From the NCBI GenBank assembly GCA_039028335.1, contig JBCCIF010000001.1:33090-97089 (forward strand): a DNA stretch of 64,000 nucleotides, read 5' to 3'. The position numbers and the translations under genes were made by a program. Below are positions 36,282 through 46,615 of this stretch, piece after piece. The stretch is from Bacteroidota bacterium. Its GTDB lineage: Bacteria > Bacteroidota > Bacteroidia > Flavobacteriales_D > JABDKJ01. The notes under the pieces are model-generated. The model searched no databases. It was not told the origin of the DNA and was given only the letters and a program-made list of their open reading frames with translations. Positions within the stretch are counted from its first letter, which is position 1. Each line of letters opens with the position of its first letter.

Positions 36282-38327
36282 ATGAAGCTTTTTCTTTCTG
36301 CTTTTTGCGCTTTTTTGTTCTTCAATGGAAACCTAATTTCTCAGTCCAATCACGATCATGTACACCCTTGTAATACCGTGAAGATGACAGAAAAATTATA
36401 CGAAAGATTTCCAGCACTTGAAAATCGCGCAAGACAGTTAGAGTCCCATTTTGAGGATGAAGAAGCAACGATGCGTTCTGGGAGTATTATTCAAATCCCA
36501 ATAGTATACCACATCATTCACAATTGGGGACAAGAGAATATTTCGGATGAGCAGATTCTCAATTCGGTCCAAGTATTGAATGAACAAATGCGACTGCAAA
36601 ATGCCACTGCTTCACTCATCAAGGATGAATTTGTCGGCATTGCGGCAGATACTGAAATTGAATTTGTTCTAGCGCGCAAAGATCCTCAAGGAAATTGTAC
36701 GAAAGGAATCAACCGCATCGCTTCGGCTTTAACCTATGAAGGAGATCAGGACATGAAGGAATTGATACAATGGCCTCGAGATGAATACTTAAATGTTTGG
36801 GTCTGCGCGGATGCTTCTGGTGCGGCAGGATATACTTATAGACCAATTTCGGTAGACAATTGGCCTGAAGGTGATGGAATCGTTTTAAGGCATGATTATA
36901 CTGGAGCAATTGGGACATCCTCTTTAACGCGCTCAACTACATTGACCCACGAAGTAGGTCATTGGTTGAATCTCGCTCATGTTTGGGGGAATACGAATAG
37001 TGCAGGAGTTGAATGTGGAAACGATGGGGTCAGTGACACTCCAGTGACTGAAGGGTGGACTTCGTGCAACGTGAATGGTGAAACCTGTGGTTCTTTGGAT
37101 AATGTTGAAAATTACATGGAGTATAGTTATTGCTCAAAAATGTTCACTGAAGGTCAGAAAACACGTATGCGAAATGCTTTGAATTCGGGCATTGCCGATA
37201 GAGATGAATTATGGACGAATTCTAATTTGATTGCAACTGGAGTAATAGGTGAAGAGGAAGTATGTGAAGTAGTTGCAGCTGCAGATTACACAACGGTTTG
37301 TTTTGGCGATACGGTCAGATTTCACGATCAATCATTCCATGGTGTTCAAAGCCGTCTATGGGAATTTCCCGGTGGGAGTCCTTCTTCTTCCGATGAAGAG
37401 GATCCTCTTGTTGTTTATAGTGAGCCTGGTCTAAAAACAGTAACCTTAACGGTGTTCGATGGAACAAATTCCAGTTCTCAAACTTTTGAATCGTTTATCA
37501 ATGTATTGCCAAGTGAAGGTAATCAGCTGCCTTTTATAGACGGTTTTGAGGGCGGAGAGTCTGTATTTGATGAAGAATGGGATGTTTTGAATCTGGATCA
37601 GACCTTCGGCTGGGAATATAACCCCAATGTGTCAGCGAGTGGAAATGCTTCTATTTGGATAAATAACCGATACAATGGACCTGGGAACATCGATGAGATT
37701 ATAAGTGAGCCTATCGATATTGAGGATTTTGAGGAAGTTATGGTGTCTTTCAAATATGCTTACGCAGAAAGAAATACCACTAACAATGAAAGATTGAGAA
37801 TGTATGTTTCAAAAGACTGCGGTCAAATTTGGTCTCTGAGAAAAAGCGTACAAGGAAATAATTTTTCGACCCATGGAGATGTGACCAATTCGAACTGGAC
37901 ACCAGCTGATAATGAATGGGTAGAAATTTCAACGAGCAATATCTTAGAAAATTATTTCGTCAGTAATTTACTCGTGAAGTTTCGCTTCGAAAGCGATGGC
38001 GGGAACAATATCTTTCTGGATGATATAAATATTTTTGATCCTTTGGTAGGAGTTTCTGAGATAATTGATGAGCAATACAAAGTGCGCGTTTTCCCAAATC
38101 CTTCAAGAGATTTTTTCAACGTGACATTCCAATTGGACAACATCGAAGAGATTCAATGGAAAGTAAAAGACTTATCAGGAAAATCTGTATTAAATGGCAG
38201 CGTATCTAACCCTGAAATGGGGAAGAACAGAATTCAATTTACCAGTGATAATTGGTCTTCGGGAATCTATCTTTTTGAATTATATACCGCAAAGGGTATA
38301 ATTGCTCAAAAGCTCATGAAAGAATAA
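36282..38327 (+). CDS. secreted zinc metalloprotease (M43/pappalysin-like) with PKD-like domain and T9SS type-A sorting domain
   Basis: Signal peptide MKLFLSAFCAFLFFNG, zinc site HEVGHWLNLAHVWG, a PKD-like block VRFHDQS...GLKTVTLTVFDG, and the C-terminus VRVFPNPSRDFFNVTF...GIYLFELY. Confidence 0.8.
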   Translation: MKLFLSAFCAFLFFNGNLISQSNHDHVHPCNTVKMTEKLYERFPALENRARQLESHFEDEEATMRSGSIIQIPIVYHIIHNWGQENISDEQILNSVQVLNEQMRLQNATASLIKDEFVGIAADTEIEFVLARKDPQGNCTKGINRIASALTYEGDQDMKELIQWPRDEYLNVWVCADASGAAGYTYRPISVDNWPEGDGIVLRHDYTGAIGTSSLTRSTTLTHEVGHWLNLAHVWGNTNSAGVECGNDGVSDTPVTEGWTSCNVNGETCGSLDNVENYMEYSYCSKMFTEGQKTRMRNALNSGIADRDELWTNSNLIATGVIGEEEVCEVVAAADYTTVCFGDTVRFHDQSFHGVQSRLWEFPGGSPSSSDEEDPLVVYSEPGLKTVTLTVFDGTNSSSQTFESFINVLPSEGNQLPFIDGFEGGESVFDEEWDVLNLDQTFGWEYNPNVSASGNASIWINNRYNGPGNIDEIISEPIDIEDFEEVMVSFKYAYAERNTTNNERLRMYVSKDCGQIWSLRKSVQGNNFSTHGDVTNSNWTPADNEWVEISTSNILENYFVSNLLVKFRFESDGGNNIFLDDINIFDPLVGVSEIIDEQYKVRVFPNPSRDFFNVTFQLDNIEEIQWKVKDLSGKSVLNGSVSNPEMGKNRIQFTSDNWSSGIYLFELYTAKGIIAQKLMKE

Positions 38328-38331
38328 CTGC

Positions 38332-38760
38332 TTACTTTTTGTAGCCAACCATGATGGCGACACAGCCCTGATGAATCAATTTGTTTGGATTTCTTTCTAA
38401 AGGCACAGCAATTTCTACAATCATTTGTTGAGTGTTTTCCATTGCAAAGTCAAAAAATCCACCTCCGGCTTCTATAGAATTATAGACCTCATTCTTTTCG
38501 CTGTCGTAAATTTTGTAATCGACTTCTCCCAAAATGGGATCGTTGCAAACAAACAATCTGTATTCTTGACCAGCATAAAAGGTCATATTCAATTCTGCCT
38601 CGTCACCGGGAATCAATACAGCACTATTGAATGTTTCATTTGCAGTATAAGGCGCTAAATCGCCAATGCAATTCTTTTTTACAAACGATCTGCACTGTTG
38701 GGCATTCAACATAGCCCCCAAGGACAGAAATAATCCGATAAATACTAATCTGGTTCTCAT
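38332..38760 (-). CDS. hypothetical secreted protein
   Basis: 142-aa ORF with the signal peptide MRTRLVFIGLFLSLGAMLNAQ. I recognise no motif. Confidence 0.6.
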   Translation of the reverse strand: MRTRLVFIGLFLSLGAMLNAQQCRSFVKKNCIGDLAPYTANETFNSAVLIPGDEAELNMTFYAGQEYRLFVCNDPILGEVDYKIYDSEKNEVYNSIEAGGGFFDFAMENTQQMIVEIAVPLERNPNKLIHQGCVAIMVGYKK

Positions 38761-38764
38761 ATCT

Positions 38765-39673
38765 CTAGCTCACGTATTTAGTTCTAATATTTTCTACCAA
38801 TACAGACAGTTCGTCTAATTGGCCATTGGACATGGCATATTTCTTACCACCTATTACAGTGATGCCATCACTTTTGGAATTACCTGATGACTGAGCTACT
38901 TGAGCTTGATCAAATAGGTCTTTAATGCTCTTGAGGTCCGTGTTTACGTCTACTAAACTTCCAGACACTCCATGGCTTTCTACCAATTGAATTAAATGAT
39001 CCAAAGCAAATCTTTGATCGATAATTCGTTGAATTAATTCATCATTGGCGTTTCCTTCTCTATAAATCTGCGTACTCAGAAAAAGGCCTTCTAGCCATCC
39101 TCCTGCTACCATTAATGCTGACAACTCACTTCTGTCGTTGTCCTTTAAATAGGAATCAAGTGACCAATATGTTTCTGTAACGATATCTGTAAGGGCTTCT
39201 CTATCTTCGACTTGTTCTTCAATTCTATCCAACAGATCCTCACTTAAGGCATTAGATATATCCAATTGCTCTGCCAATTGCTTTGAGCAAGAAAGGTAGA
39301 AAACGGACTCTTGATTTCTGTTGAAGACACTTGTATAGCTTAAATCCGCTCCATAAATCCCCAAGTTGATCGCCTTGGAAGAAGAAGATGTATAGTTGCT
39401 TACATTATTAATGTCATTGAGGAGATCACTGTTGTAAGAGGCACCAGAATTTTGAATAATTGTGGCCATCTCAATAGTAGAAGGGATTGAATAAAAAATC
39501 TTTTTTACCTTTTCTACATTATCCTTGGTTTGTTCTTCGTCAAGTGTGCTTTTATTGCTCGCACTGATGCTTCCGTTTTCATCGTTTTCACAACTTGTCA
39601 TGAAAAAGGCGAAAGCCAGTATTAAGGCAAAGCCAATAGTTTTGTTCAGTCTCATTTTTTCCTTATTCATCAT
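38765..39673 (-). CDS. hypothetical lipoprotein
   Basis: 302-aa ORF with the lipobox FFMTSC and a helical-looking body. I recognise no motif. Confidence 0.6.
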   Translation of the reverse strand: MMNKEKMRLNKTIGFALILAFAFFMTSCENDENGSISASNKSTLDEEQTKDNVEKVKKIFYSIPSTIEMATIIQNSGASYNSDLLNDINNVSNYTSSSSKAINLGIYGADLSYTSVFNRNQESVFYLSCSKQLAEQLDISNALSEDLLDRIEEQVEDREALTDIVTETYWSLDSYLKDNDRSELSALMVAGGWLEGLFLSTQIYREGNANDELIQRIIDQRFALDHLIQLVESHGVSGSLVDVNTDLKSIKDLFDQAQVAQSSGNSKSDGITVIGGKKYAMSNGQLDELSVLVENIRTKYVS

Positions 39674-39749
39674 CTCAAAAAATGGTATTAGTCGGTTTTT
39701 TGTACGGGAAAATCGAGAAACTGTTTCTTTTTATCGATAATTATTTTTA

Positions 39750-42533
39750 CTAGTGCGCTTCAAGCCAATTTTGACCTGTTCCCGCATCTACTTTCATCGG
39801 AACTTTTAAGTTAGGAATGGCTGATTCCATAAGCTCTTTTACAAGAGATTGAACTTCCTCTAATTCGGGTTTAAATACATCAAAAACAAGTTCATCATGC
39901 ACTTGTAAGGTCATGCGCGATTTTAATTCCCGTTTATTCATTTCTCGGTGAATATCAATCATAGCTTTTTTAATCAAATCTGCAGCCGAGCCTTGAATTG
40001 GAGAATTAATAGCTTCTCGTTCAGCTGCGCTTCTTAGCGTGTGGTTCCTCGATTCGATATCTCTGAAAAATCGTTTTCTCCCTAATAGCGTTTCAGTGTA
40101 TCCATTTTGCCTCGCAAACTCTACAGTGTCGTCCATGTATTTTTTGACGTTTGGATACTGTTCAAAATAATTTTCGATCAATTCCTTAGCTTCGGTTCTT
40201 GGGATTTTCAGCCTTTGGCTTAAGCCAAAAGCAGAAATTGCATAGATGATACCGAAATTGACCATTTTGGCCTTTGAGCGCATCTCTCTATCAACATCAT
40301 CAATGTTTACACCATAGACTTTTGCAGCGGTAGCCGAATGAATGTCTTGACCTTCCAAAAATGCTTCCATCAGGTTTTGGTCCTCGCTAATTTCCGCGAC
40401 TAAGCGAAGTTCAATTTGAGAGTAATCAGCAGCCAAAAGAATATGTTCGCTATTGCGAGGAATGAATGCTTTTCTCACTTTTCTTCCATTCTCTGTTCTG
40501 ATTGGAATATTCTGCAAATTGGGATTCTGAGAACTCAATCGTCCAGTCGCTGCAACGGTTTGATTGAACGTTGTATGTATCCTTCCTGTAGCGGGATTAA
40601 CCAGCTGTGGCAGTGCATCGACATAGGTGTTTTTCAATTTGGTCAAGCCTCTGTAGTCAAGAATATGCTGGAAGATTTCATGGTCATCTTTCAACTTGGT
40701 CAACGTTTCTTCATTGGTCGAATATTGTCCAGTTTTCGTTTTTGCACCTTTATAGGTCAATTGCATTTGTTCAAATAAAACATCTCCCAATTGTTTAGGG
40801 GAGTCCAAATTGAATTCAGTGCCAGACATGGAAAAGACTTGATCTTTTAATTGCAGTATTTCCTGGCCCAATTCCCCTGAAAAGTTGATTAAAAAATCTT
40901 TATCCAATGCCACCCCTTCGAATTCCATATCTGCCAATACATTGATTAAAGGCGTTTCAATTTCTTCGAGAAGCTTACCGACTTTTTTACTTTCGACTTT
41001 GGGTGCAAGTTTCTCTTTCAGTTGAAAGGTGATATCCGCATCTTCACTGGCATAATCTGTGATTTTATCCAACGAAACATCACGCATGCTTTTCTGATTC
41101 TTTCCTTTTTTACCAATCAATGTTTCAATAGACACCGGTGTATAACCCAAGTAGTTTTCAGCAAGGTAATTCATGTTATGCCTGCGCTCAGGTTCAATGA
41201 GGTAATGCGCCAACATTGTATCGTATAGATTCTCACGTATATCTATGTTGTATTTTTTTAAGACCTTGATGTCATACTTCAAATTCTGACCTATTTTTTC
41301 CAGTGAAGGGTCTTCTAAAACGTCTTTAAACTGTTTCATAAAAGAAGAGCACTCATCAAAATTTTCGGGAGTAGGAACGTAATAAGCCTCTCCACTTTTG
41401 ACAGCAAATGACAAGCCAACCAATTCAGCCAAGAGAGGATCAACCCCTGTTGTTTCTGTATCAAAACAATAGGATTTTGAAAAGCGAAGAAGTTTGATCA
41501 GGCCGTCAATATCCTCTTGAGATTGCACGAGTTTATAAGAATGATCGGTGTTTTCAATATTTTTCCCTTGATCTAGCGTTTCTAAATCTTCTCCACCTGC
41601 TCCAAACATATCCATTTGTTCACCTGGCTTAGAGGGGGCATTAAAGACGTATTCATCGCCTAGAACCCTTTTTCCAAGTGTTCTAAATTCTAATTCTTGA
41701 AACAAAGCGGTCAAGGCTTCTTTATTCGGATCATTGATCAAGAGATCTTCATCGCTAACGTTTATCGGTACGTCTAGAATAATTGTAGCTAAGAGTTTCG
41801 AGATTCTACCCTGCTCTGCAAAATTGATGACATTTTCTTTTTGCTTGCCTTTTAATTGTTCTGTGTTTTCTAATAAACCCTCCAGTGAGCCGAATTGCTT
41901 GATCAATTTTTTGGCCGTTTTTTCTCCAATACCTGGTATTCCAGGGATATTGTCCACTGAATCGCCCCACATTCCCAATATGTCAATGACCTGTTCAGGA
42001 TGTTCTACTTCCCATTTTTCCTGCACTTCTGGAATCCCCAAAATTTCGTCTGGTTTTCCTTGCCTTCCTGGTTTATACATAAAAATATTGTCTGAAACCA
42101 ACTGAGCATAATCCTTGTCGGGCGTAACCATATATACGGTATATCCTTCCTTTTCTTTTTGTTTGGCCAAGGTCCCTATAATGTCGTCTGCTTCATAGCC
42201 AGGGCACTCTAGCGCGGGAATATTAAAGGCCTTGGTGATCTCTTTGATTATGGGAACAGATATTTGAATGTCCTCTGGCATTTTCTCTCGATTCGCCTTG
42301 TAAAATTCAAATTCTTGTGCGCGTGTTGTCGTCTCGTCATTGCTGTCAAATACAACAGCAAAATGGCTTGGCTGCTTGTTTTTAATGAGGTCATTTAGTG
42401 TATTTGTGAAACCGTAGACTGCGGAAACATTCATCCCCTTTGAATTGGTAATCGGATTACGGATGAAGGCAAAATAAGCGCGGTAAATCAATGCAAAAGC
42501 ATCCAATAAATAGAGGGTCTTCTTTTCAGACAT
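39750..42533 (-). CDS. polA: DNA polymerase I
   Basis: 5'-nuclease (LLDAFALIYRAYFA), 3'-5' exo-like and family-A polymerase motifs (DYSQIELR, RRSAKMVNFG-like KAKMVNFGIIY, QVHDELVF). I prefer the ATG at 42533 (MSEKKTLYLLDAF). Confidence 0.95.
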   Translation of the reverse strand: MSEKKTLYLLDAFALIYRAYFAFIRNPITNSKGMNVSAVYGFTNTLNDLIKNKQPSHFAVVFDSNDETTTRAQEFEFYKANREKMPEDIQISVPIIKEITKAFNIPALECPGYEADDIIGTLAKQKEKEGYTVYMVTPDKDYAQLVSDNIFMYKPGRQGKPDEILGIPEVQEKWEVEHPEQVIDILGMWGDSVDNIPGIPGIGEKTAKKLIKQFGSLEGLLENTEQLKGKQKENVINFAEQGRISKLLATIILDVPINVSDEDLLINDPNKEALTALFQELEFRTLGKRVLGDEYVFNAPSKPGEQMDMFGAGGEDLETLDQGKNIENTDHSYKLVQSQEDIDGLIKLLRFSKSYCFDTETTGVDPLLAELVGLSFAVKSGEAYYVPTPENFDECSSFMKQFKDVLEDPSLEKIGQNLKYDIKVLKKYNIDIRENLYDTMLAHYLIEPERRHNMNYLAENYLGYTPVSIETLIGKKGKNQKSMRDVSLDKITDYASEDADITFQLKEKLAPKVESKKVGKLLEEIETPLINVLADMEFEGVALDKDFLINFSGELGQEILQLKDQVFSMSGTEFNLDSPKQLGDVLFEQMQLTYKGAKTKTGQYSTNEETLTKLKDDHEIFQHILDYRGLTKLKNTYVDALPQLVNPATGRIHTTFNQTVAATGRLSSQNPNLQNIPIRTENGRKVRKAFIPRNSEHILLAADYSQIELRLVAEISEDQNLMEAFLEGQDIHSATAAKVYGVNIDDVDREMRSKAKMVNFGIIYAISAFGLSQRLKIPRTEAKELIENYFEQYPNVKKYMDDTVEFARQNGYTETLLGRKRFFRDIESRNHTLRSAAEREAINSPIQGSAADLIKKAMIDIHREMNKRELKSRMTLQVHDELVFDVFKPELEEVQSLVKELMESAIPNLKVPMKVDAGTGQNWLEAH

Positions 42534-42559
42534 GGTAAAATTGATATCTGCTAAAGGTA

Positions 42560-43423
42560 TCAATCATCACTAAAAGTTGACTCATCCAATTGTATTTTTT
42601 TGCCCCAATATTCAATGTTCTTGATCAATTCTTCTTCGGGGAAATAAAGCCATGGTTTTGATCTTCGACTAGGTAATATCGTATCGAGTCCTTCGTCTAT
42701 ATATATGAGCCAATAAAGCTTTGTTTCTTCTTGTGGAACGAGGGGAATAGAATGAACATTCTTTTTTATTCGTGTTGAATCTTCTTGAAAAGTAACGATG
42801 TCTTCTCCTGAAGTATGAGGCCAATATTCTCCATTCTGAGATAAAAAACGTCCTCCGTATCCTTTTCTTTTTTGCAAGCGAAGATCTTCATGCAGTCGAT
42901 AGGTCCAACTGGCCTTTAGTTCCTGATTTTCCGAGCTACTGTTCACAATCGAAAATATCGAAACACTGATTAGAGAGTCGGGAAAGAACAAAGTTTGCGA
43001 GACCTTGAACGGGCCTTTCTGACTATTTTGAACCAACCTTCCCGGAAAAGCAGTTTGATTAATAATCTTCCAAGACCCTTCGGATTGTATGTCTAAAGTA
43101 ATCATTTGATCAAAGACATACTCTGAGGTGACAGGACCGAAAAACCCATTTGAAAATTCTTCATTGAATTGGTCTATAAAGAAGTATTCGTATGAGCCAT
43201 CTTCATGCTGAAAACCTTGGATGGAAGACTTACCTTCTTCATAGGAATCCACTTTTCCCAAGAGGGGTTGTGAAAGAATTTCATTGCGTAATTCACGATG
43301 ATTTTTTTGTCGCTCTTGAGCGCACTGAACCAAAAAGAAGAGAATTGCGAAACACCACCAATAACATGAGCTTTTCGAAAAAGCGAATGCAGCCTTTGGT
43401 ATTAAACGCTGTTTATACTTCAA
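42560..43423 (-). CDS. hypothetical lipoprotein
   Basis: 287-aa ORF with a TTG start overlapping the aspS stop. The signal has the lipobox-like LVQC. I recognise no motif. Confidence 0.55.
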   Translation of the reverse strand: MKYKQRLIPKAAFAFSKSSCYWWCFAILFFLVQCAQERQKNHRELRNEILSQPLLGKVDSYEEGKSSIQGFQHEDGSYEYFFIDQFNEEFSNGFFGPVTSEYVFDQMITLDIQSEGSWKIINQTAFPGRLVQNSQKGPFKVSQTLFFPDSLISVSIFSIVNSSSENQELKASWTYRLHEDLRLQKRKGYGGRFLSQNGEYWPHTSGEDIVTFQEDSTRIKKNVHSIPLVPQEETKLYWLIYIDEGLDTILPSRRSKPWLYFPEEELIKNIEYWGKKIQLDESTFSDD

Positions 43424-45174
43424 TCAGTGCTTATGTTTAGAGCCAGAGACAACTCATCTAATTGCTCGCTGTCAACGGGAGCTGGGGCATCGATCATCAC
43501 ATCTCTGCCTGAATTATTTTTGGGAAAAGCAATGAAATCTCTAATTGAATCCGAGCCTCCAAATAAAGAACAGAGACGGTCAAAACCAAATGCAATTCCA
43601 CCATGAGGTGGTGCACCGTATTCAAAGGCGTTCATCAAGAAACCAAATTGAGCTTGAGCTTCTTCTTTCGTAAATCCGAGTAAATCAAACATGCGGGATT
43701 GAATGGCCTTGTCGTGGATTCGAATAGAACCTCCTCCTATCTCAACTCCGTTTATTACTAAGTCATAGGCATTGGCGTATACCTTTCCAGGATCACTTTC
43801 CATCTTGTCAAGATCTTCAGGACGAGGCGAAGTAAAAGGGTGATGCATGGCGTGCCAATGACCGCTTTCTTCATCGTACTCAACAAGAGGAAAATCAACG
43901 ACCCATAGCGGTTTAAACACATTCGGATTTTTTAATCCCAGTTCTCCTCCCATGTGCAGTCGCAGTTCACTCATTTGTTTTCTTGTACTATTCAAATCGC
44001 CTGATAGGATCAGGATTAAATCTCCTTTTTCCGCACCTGATTTTTCTGCCCAGGCAGCCTGTGCTTCTTGATCAAAGAACTTGTCTACCGAAGATTTGAA
44101 TGTTCCGTCCTCGTTGACTTTACAATAGATTAAACCTTTGGCTCCAATTTGAGGTCGTTTTACCCAATCGACTAGCGCATCAACTTGTTTTCTTGTATAT
44201 ACTGCACAACCTTTTGCAACGATAGCGATTACAGTCTCGCTATTGTCGAATACCTGAAATCCTTTGCCTTTAGTTACATCTTCGATGTACTGAAATTTCA
44301 TTTCGAAACGAACATCCGGTTTATCATTTCCATAGTCACGCATGGCATTGTCATAATGCATTTTTGGCAATTCCGGCAGATCAACACCCTTCACTGTTTT
44401 GAATAAATGACGCGTTAAACCTTCAAAAGTGTTCAGGACGTCATCTCGTTCTACAAATGCCATTTCGCAATCTATCTGTGTGAATTCCGGTTGCCTATCT
44501 GCTCTTAGGTCCTCATCTCTAAAACACTTCACTATTTGATAATAGCGATCGTAACCAGAGACCATTAAGAGCTGTTTAAAGGTCTGAGGAGATTGCGGTA
44601 ATGCGTAAAATTGGCCTTCGTTCATTCGGCTAGGCACCACAAAATCTCGCGCGCCTTCAGGAGTAGATTTAATTAAATAGGGCGTTTCAATTTCAAAGAA
44701 TCCAATTGAATCCAAATATTTCCTTGTTTCTATAGACATGCGATGTCGCAAAGCAAGGTTGTCCATGAGCGGTTTTCTTCTCAGGTCAAGGTAGCGGTAT
44801 TCCATGCGCAGATCATCTCCGCCATCGGTTTCCGTTTCAATCGTAAAAGGAGGTGTTTTACTTTCATTCAAAATTTCCAATGTAGAAACTTCAATTTCAA
44901 TATGTCCTGTAGGAATATTGTCGTTTTTACTAGAGCGTTCTGCTACACTTCCACGAGCCTTAATAACGAATTCTCGACCCATTTTACGTGCTTTTTCACA
45001 TAGCTCAGCATTGCTTTCCATATTGAAAACCAATTGCGTAATGCCGTAACGATCCCGAAGATCAATGAAAGTCATACCTCCGAGATCTCTTGATTTTTGT
45101 ACCCATCCACAAAGTGTCACTTCCTGACCTTGGTGATCTATTCTTAACTCTCCACACGTATGCGTTCTATGCAT
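43420..45174 (-). CDS. aspS: aspartyl-tRNA synthetase
   Basis: Canonical start [11 protein letters not shown] (ATG at 45174 preferred) and class-II motifs ([27 protein letters not shown]). Confidence 0.95.
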   Translation of the reverse strand: MHRTHTCGELRIDHQGQEVTLCGWVQKSRDLGGMTFIDLRDRYGITQLVFNMESNAELCEKARKMGREFVIKARGSVAERSSKNDNIPTGHIEIEVSTLEILNESKTPPFTIETETDGGDDLRMEYRYLDLRRKPLMDNLALRHRMSIETRKYLDSIGFFEIETPYLIKSTPEGARDFVVPSRMNEGQFYALPQSPQTFKQLLMVSGYDRYYQIVKCFRDEDLRADRQPEFTQIDCEMAFVERDDVLNTFEGLTRHLFKTVKGVDLPELPKMHYDNAMRDYGNDKPDVRFEMKFQYIEDVTKGKGFQVFDNSETVIAIVAKGCAVYTRKQVDALVDWVKRPQIGAKGLIYCKVNEDGTFKSSVDKFFDQEAQAAWAEKSGAEKGDLILILSGDLNSTRKQMSELRLHMGGELGLKNPNVFKPLWVVDFPLVEYDEESGHWHAMHHPFTSPRPEDLDKMESDPGKVYANAYDLVINGVEIGGGSIRIHDKAIQSRMFDLLGFTKEEAQAQFGFLMNAFEYGAPPHGGIAFGFDRLCSLFGGSDSIRDFIAFPKNNSGRDVMIDAPAPVDSEQLDELSLALNISTD

Positions 45175-45311
45175 GATTTGAAAATTTGCTGCGAAAATAA
45201 TGTATTTAAACGGATTCACGGTATTGGGGATTCATGCTTTCAAGGTGTTTTTTCAGATTAGACTCGTATTTCTTTTTTGGTTTTGATTTTGATTCTAATT
45301 TTGATTGAACT

Positions 45312-45758
45312 ATGCTTGATCAAAGCCCTGAACGATACATGCGCGAAGCCCTCAGAGAAGCCGAGAAAGCTTTGGCTCTCGATGAGGTCCCTGTGGGGGC
45401 AGTTATTGTATGTAAAGGTATGATCATTGCGCGAGGGCATAACCTTACAGAGCGGCTCAATGACGTAACAGCGCATGCTGAGATGCAGGCTTTCACTGCC
45501 GCTTCGGAATATATAGGAGGTAAGTTTTTGAATGAATGCGAGATGTACGTCACTCTTGAACCCTGTATCATGTGCGCAGGGGCAGCATATTGGTCGAGAA
45601 TTGGAAAAGTTTACTTTGGTGCCTATGATGAAAAACGTGGATTTTTAAAAGAAGGTAATCACTTGCTTCATCCCAAAACCCAAATTGAAGGAGGCGTTTT
45701 GGAGAATGAATGCAGCGTCTTGTTAAAGGAGTTTTTTAAGTCAAAAAGATCACTTTGA
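45312..45758 (+). CDS. tadA: tRNA-specific adenosine deaminase
   Basis: 148-aa ORF with the CDA zinc motifs HAEMQA and EPCIMCAGA. Confidence 0.9.
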   Translation: MLDQSPERYMREALREAEKALALDEVPVGAVIVCKGMIIARGHNLTERLNDVTAHAEMQAFTAASEYIGGKFLNECEMYVTLEPCIMCAGAAYWSRIGKVYFGAYDEKRGFLKEGNHLLHPKTQIEGGVLENECSVLLKEFFKSKRSL

Positions 45759-46121
45759 TTTACGCTGATAAGGAATCCGATATTCCAACCATTCCAATCC
45801 TTCCTCCAAGAGAACTTTCATAACGGCCTCGTCAAATGGATCTCCTTCATGATAAACATGATGACGAACCTGAGTGCCGTCTCCTTCCAAAAGCTCAGGA
45901 GTGCGGAATAACGCACCCTTATAAAAGCCGACACGAATATTTTCCTTGCGAATATGAATGTAACAAAGATTGTGTTTGCCGATAAAGTAAAAGGGTAAGC
46001 CCCATTTGATGGACTCTTCTACATGCGGAACAAAACCAAGAATACATTCGCGAATTTTATAGGCGATTGGTTTTTGCCAATCGTTTCCATGTTTTTCGAT
46101 ATGTGCAACAATTCGGCTCAA
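45750..46121 (-). CDS. DUF1801 (YdhG-like) domain protein
   Basis: 123-aa ORF with a TTG start. The motif EESIKWGLPFY is typical of the family as I recall it. Confidence 0.6.
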   Translation of the reverse strand: MSRIVAHIEKHGNDWQKPIAYKIRECILGFVPHVEESIKWGLPFYFIGKHNLCYIHIRKENIRVGFYKGALFRTPELLEGDGTQVRHHVYHEGDPFDEAVMKVLLEEGLEWLEYRIPYQRKSK

Positions 46122-46145
46122 TACCGGTTATTCTTTTTGAATTGC

Positions 46146-46153
46146 TAATTTTG
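46146..46153 (+). promoter_or_regulatory. -7 promoter element TAATTTTG upstream of the bacilliredoxin-like gene
   Basis: Matches TAnnTTTG, 18 nt upstream of the ATG at 46172. Confidence 0.45.
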
Positions 46154-46171
46154 CATCAAATTTAAGAGATT

Positions 46172-46588
46172 ATGTATCCAGAAGAAATGGTATTGCCAAT
46201 GAAAGGCGAATTGACGGAAGTAGGATTTCAGGAAATGAAAACTCCGGAAGAGGTAGACGCAATTTTAAATTCAGGCGCAGAAGAAACGGTTTTGGTTGTC
46301 TTAAATTCTGTTTGTGGTTGTGCGGCTGGATCAATGCGTCCTGCAGTTAAATTAGCCGTGCAGCATGATAAATTACCATCTAAATTGACTACTTCATTTG
46401 CTGGATTTGATGGAGAAGCAGTGGCGCAAGCAAGAAAATATATGCTACCCTATCCGCCTTCATCACCGAGTATTGCCCTCTTTAAAAACGGAAAGTTAGT
46501 TCACATGATAGAACGTCATCACATTGAGGGGAGAACAGCAGAAATGATAGCTGACCATATGAAAATGGCCTTTGACGAATTTTGTTAA
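46172..46588 (+). CDS. bacilliredoxin family protein (BrxA/BrxB, YphP/YqiW, DUF1094)
   Basis: 138-aa ORF, collinear with my recollection of B. subtilis YphP. Contains VVLNSVCGCAAG (redox CGC), PSSPSIALFK and HHIEG. Confidence 0.85.
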   Translation: MYPEEMVLPMKGELTEVGFQEMKTPEEVDAILNSGAEETVLVVLNSVCGCAAGSMRPAVKLAVQHDKLPSKLTTSFAGFDGEAVAQARKYMLPYPPSSPSIALFKNGKLVHMIERHHIEGRTAEMIADHMKMAFDEFC

Positions 46589-46615
46589 TGCCTGAACCGA
46601 ACAGATAACAAGGGA

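Noticed and set aside
40416-42105. Plus-strand ORFs of 120 and 123 aa (40416-40778, 41734-42105) and smaller ones
   Set aside because: Antisense to polA, whose frame is continuous and motif-rich.
45281-45311. Hexamer periodicity TTTTGA|TTTTGA|TTCTAA|TTTTGA|TTGAAC in the aspS/tadA divergent promoter region
   Set aside because: It is probably just overlapping T-rich promoter elements (TAATTTTG at 45296-45303 fits TAnnTTTG). It is too short and AT-biased to call a repeat element.
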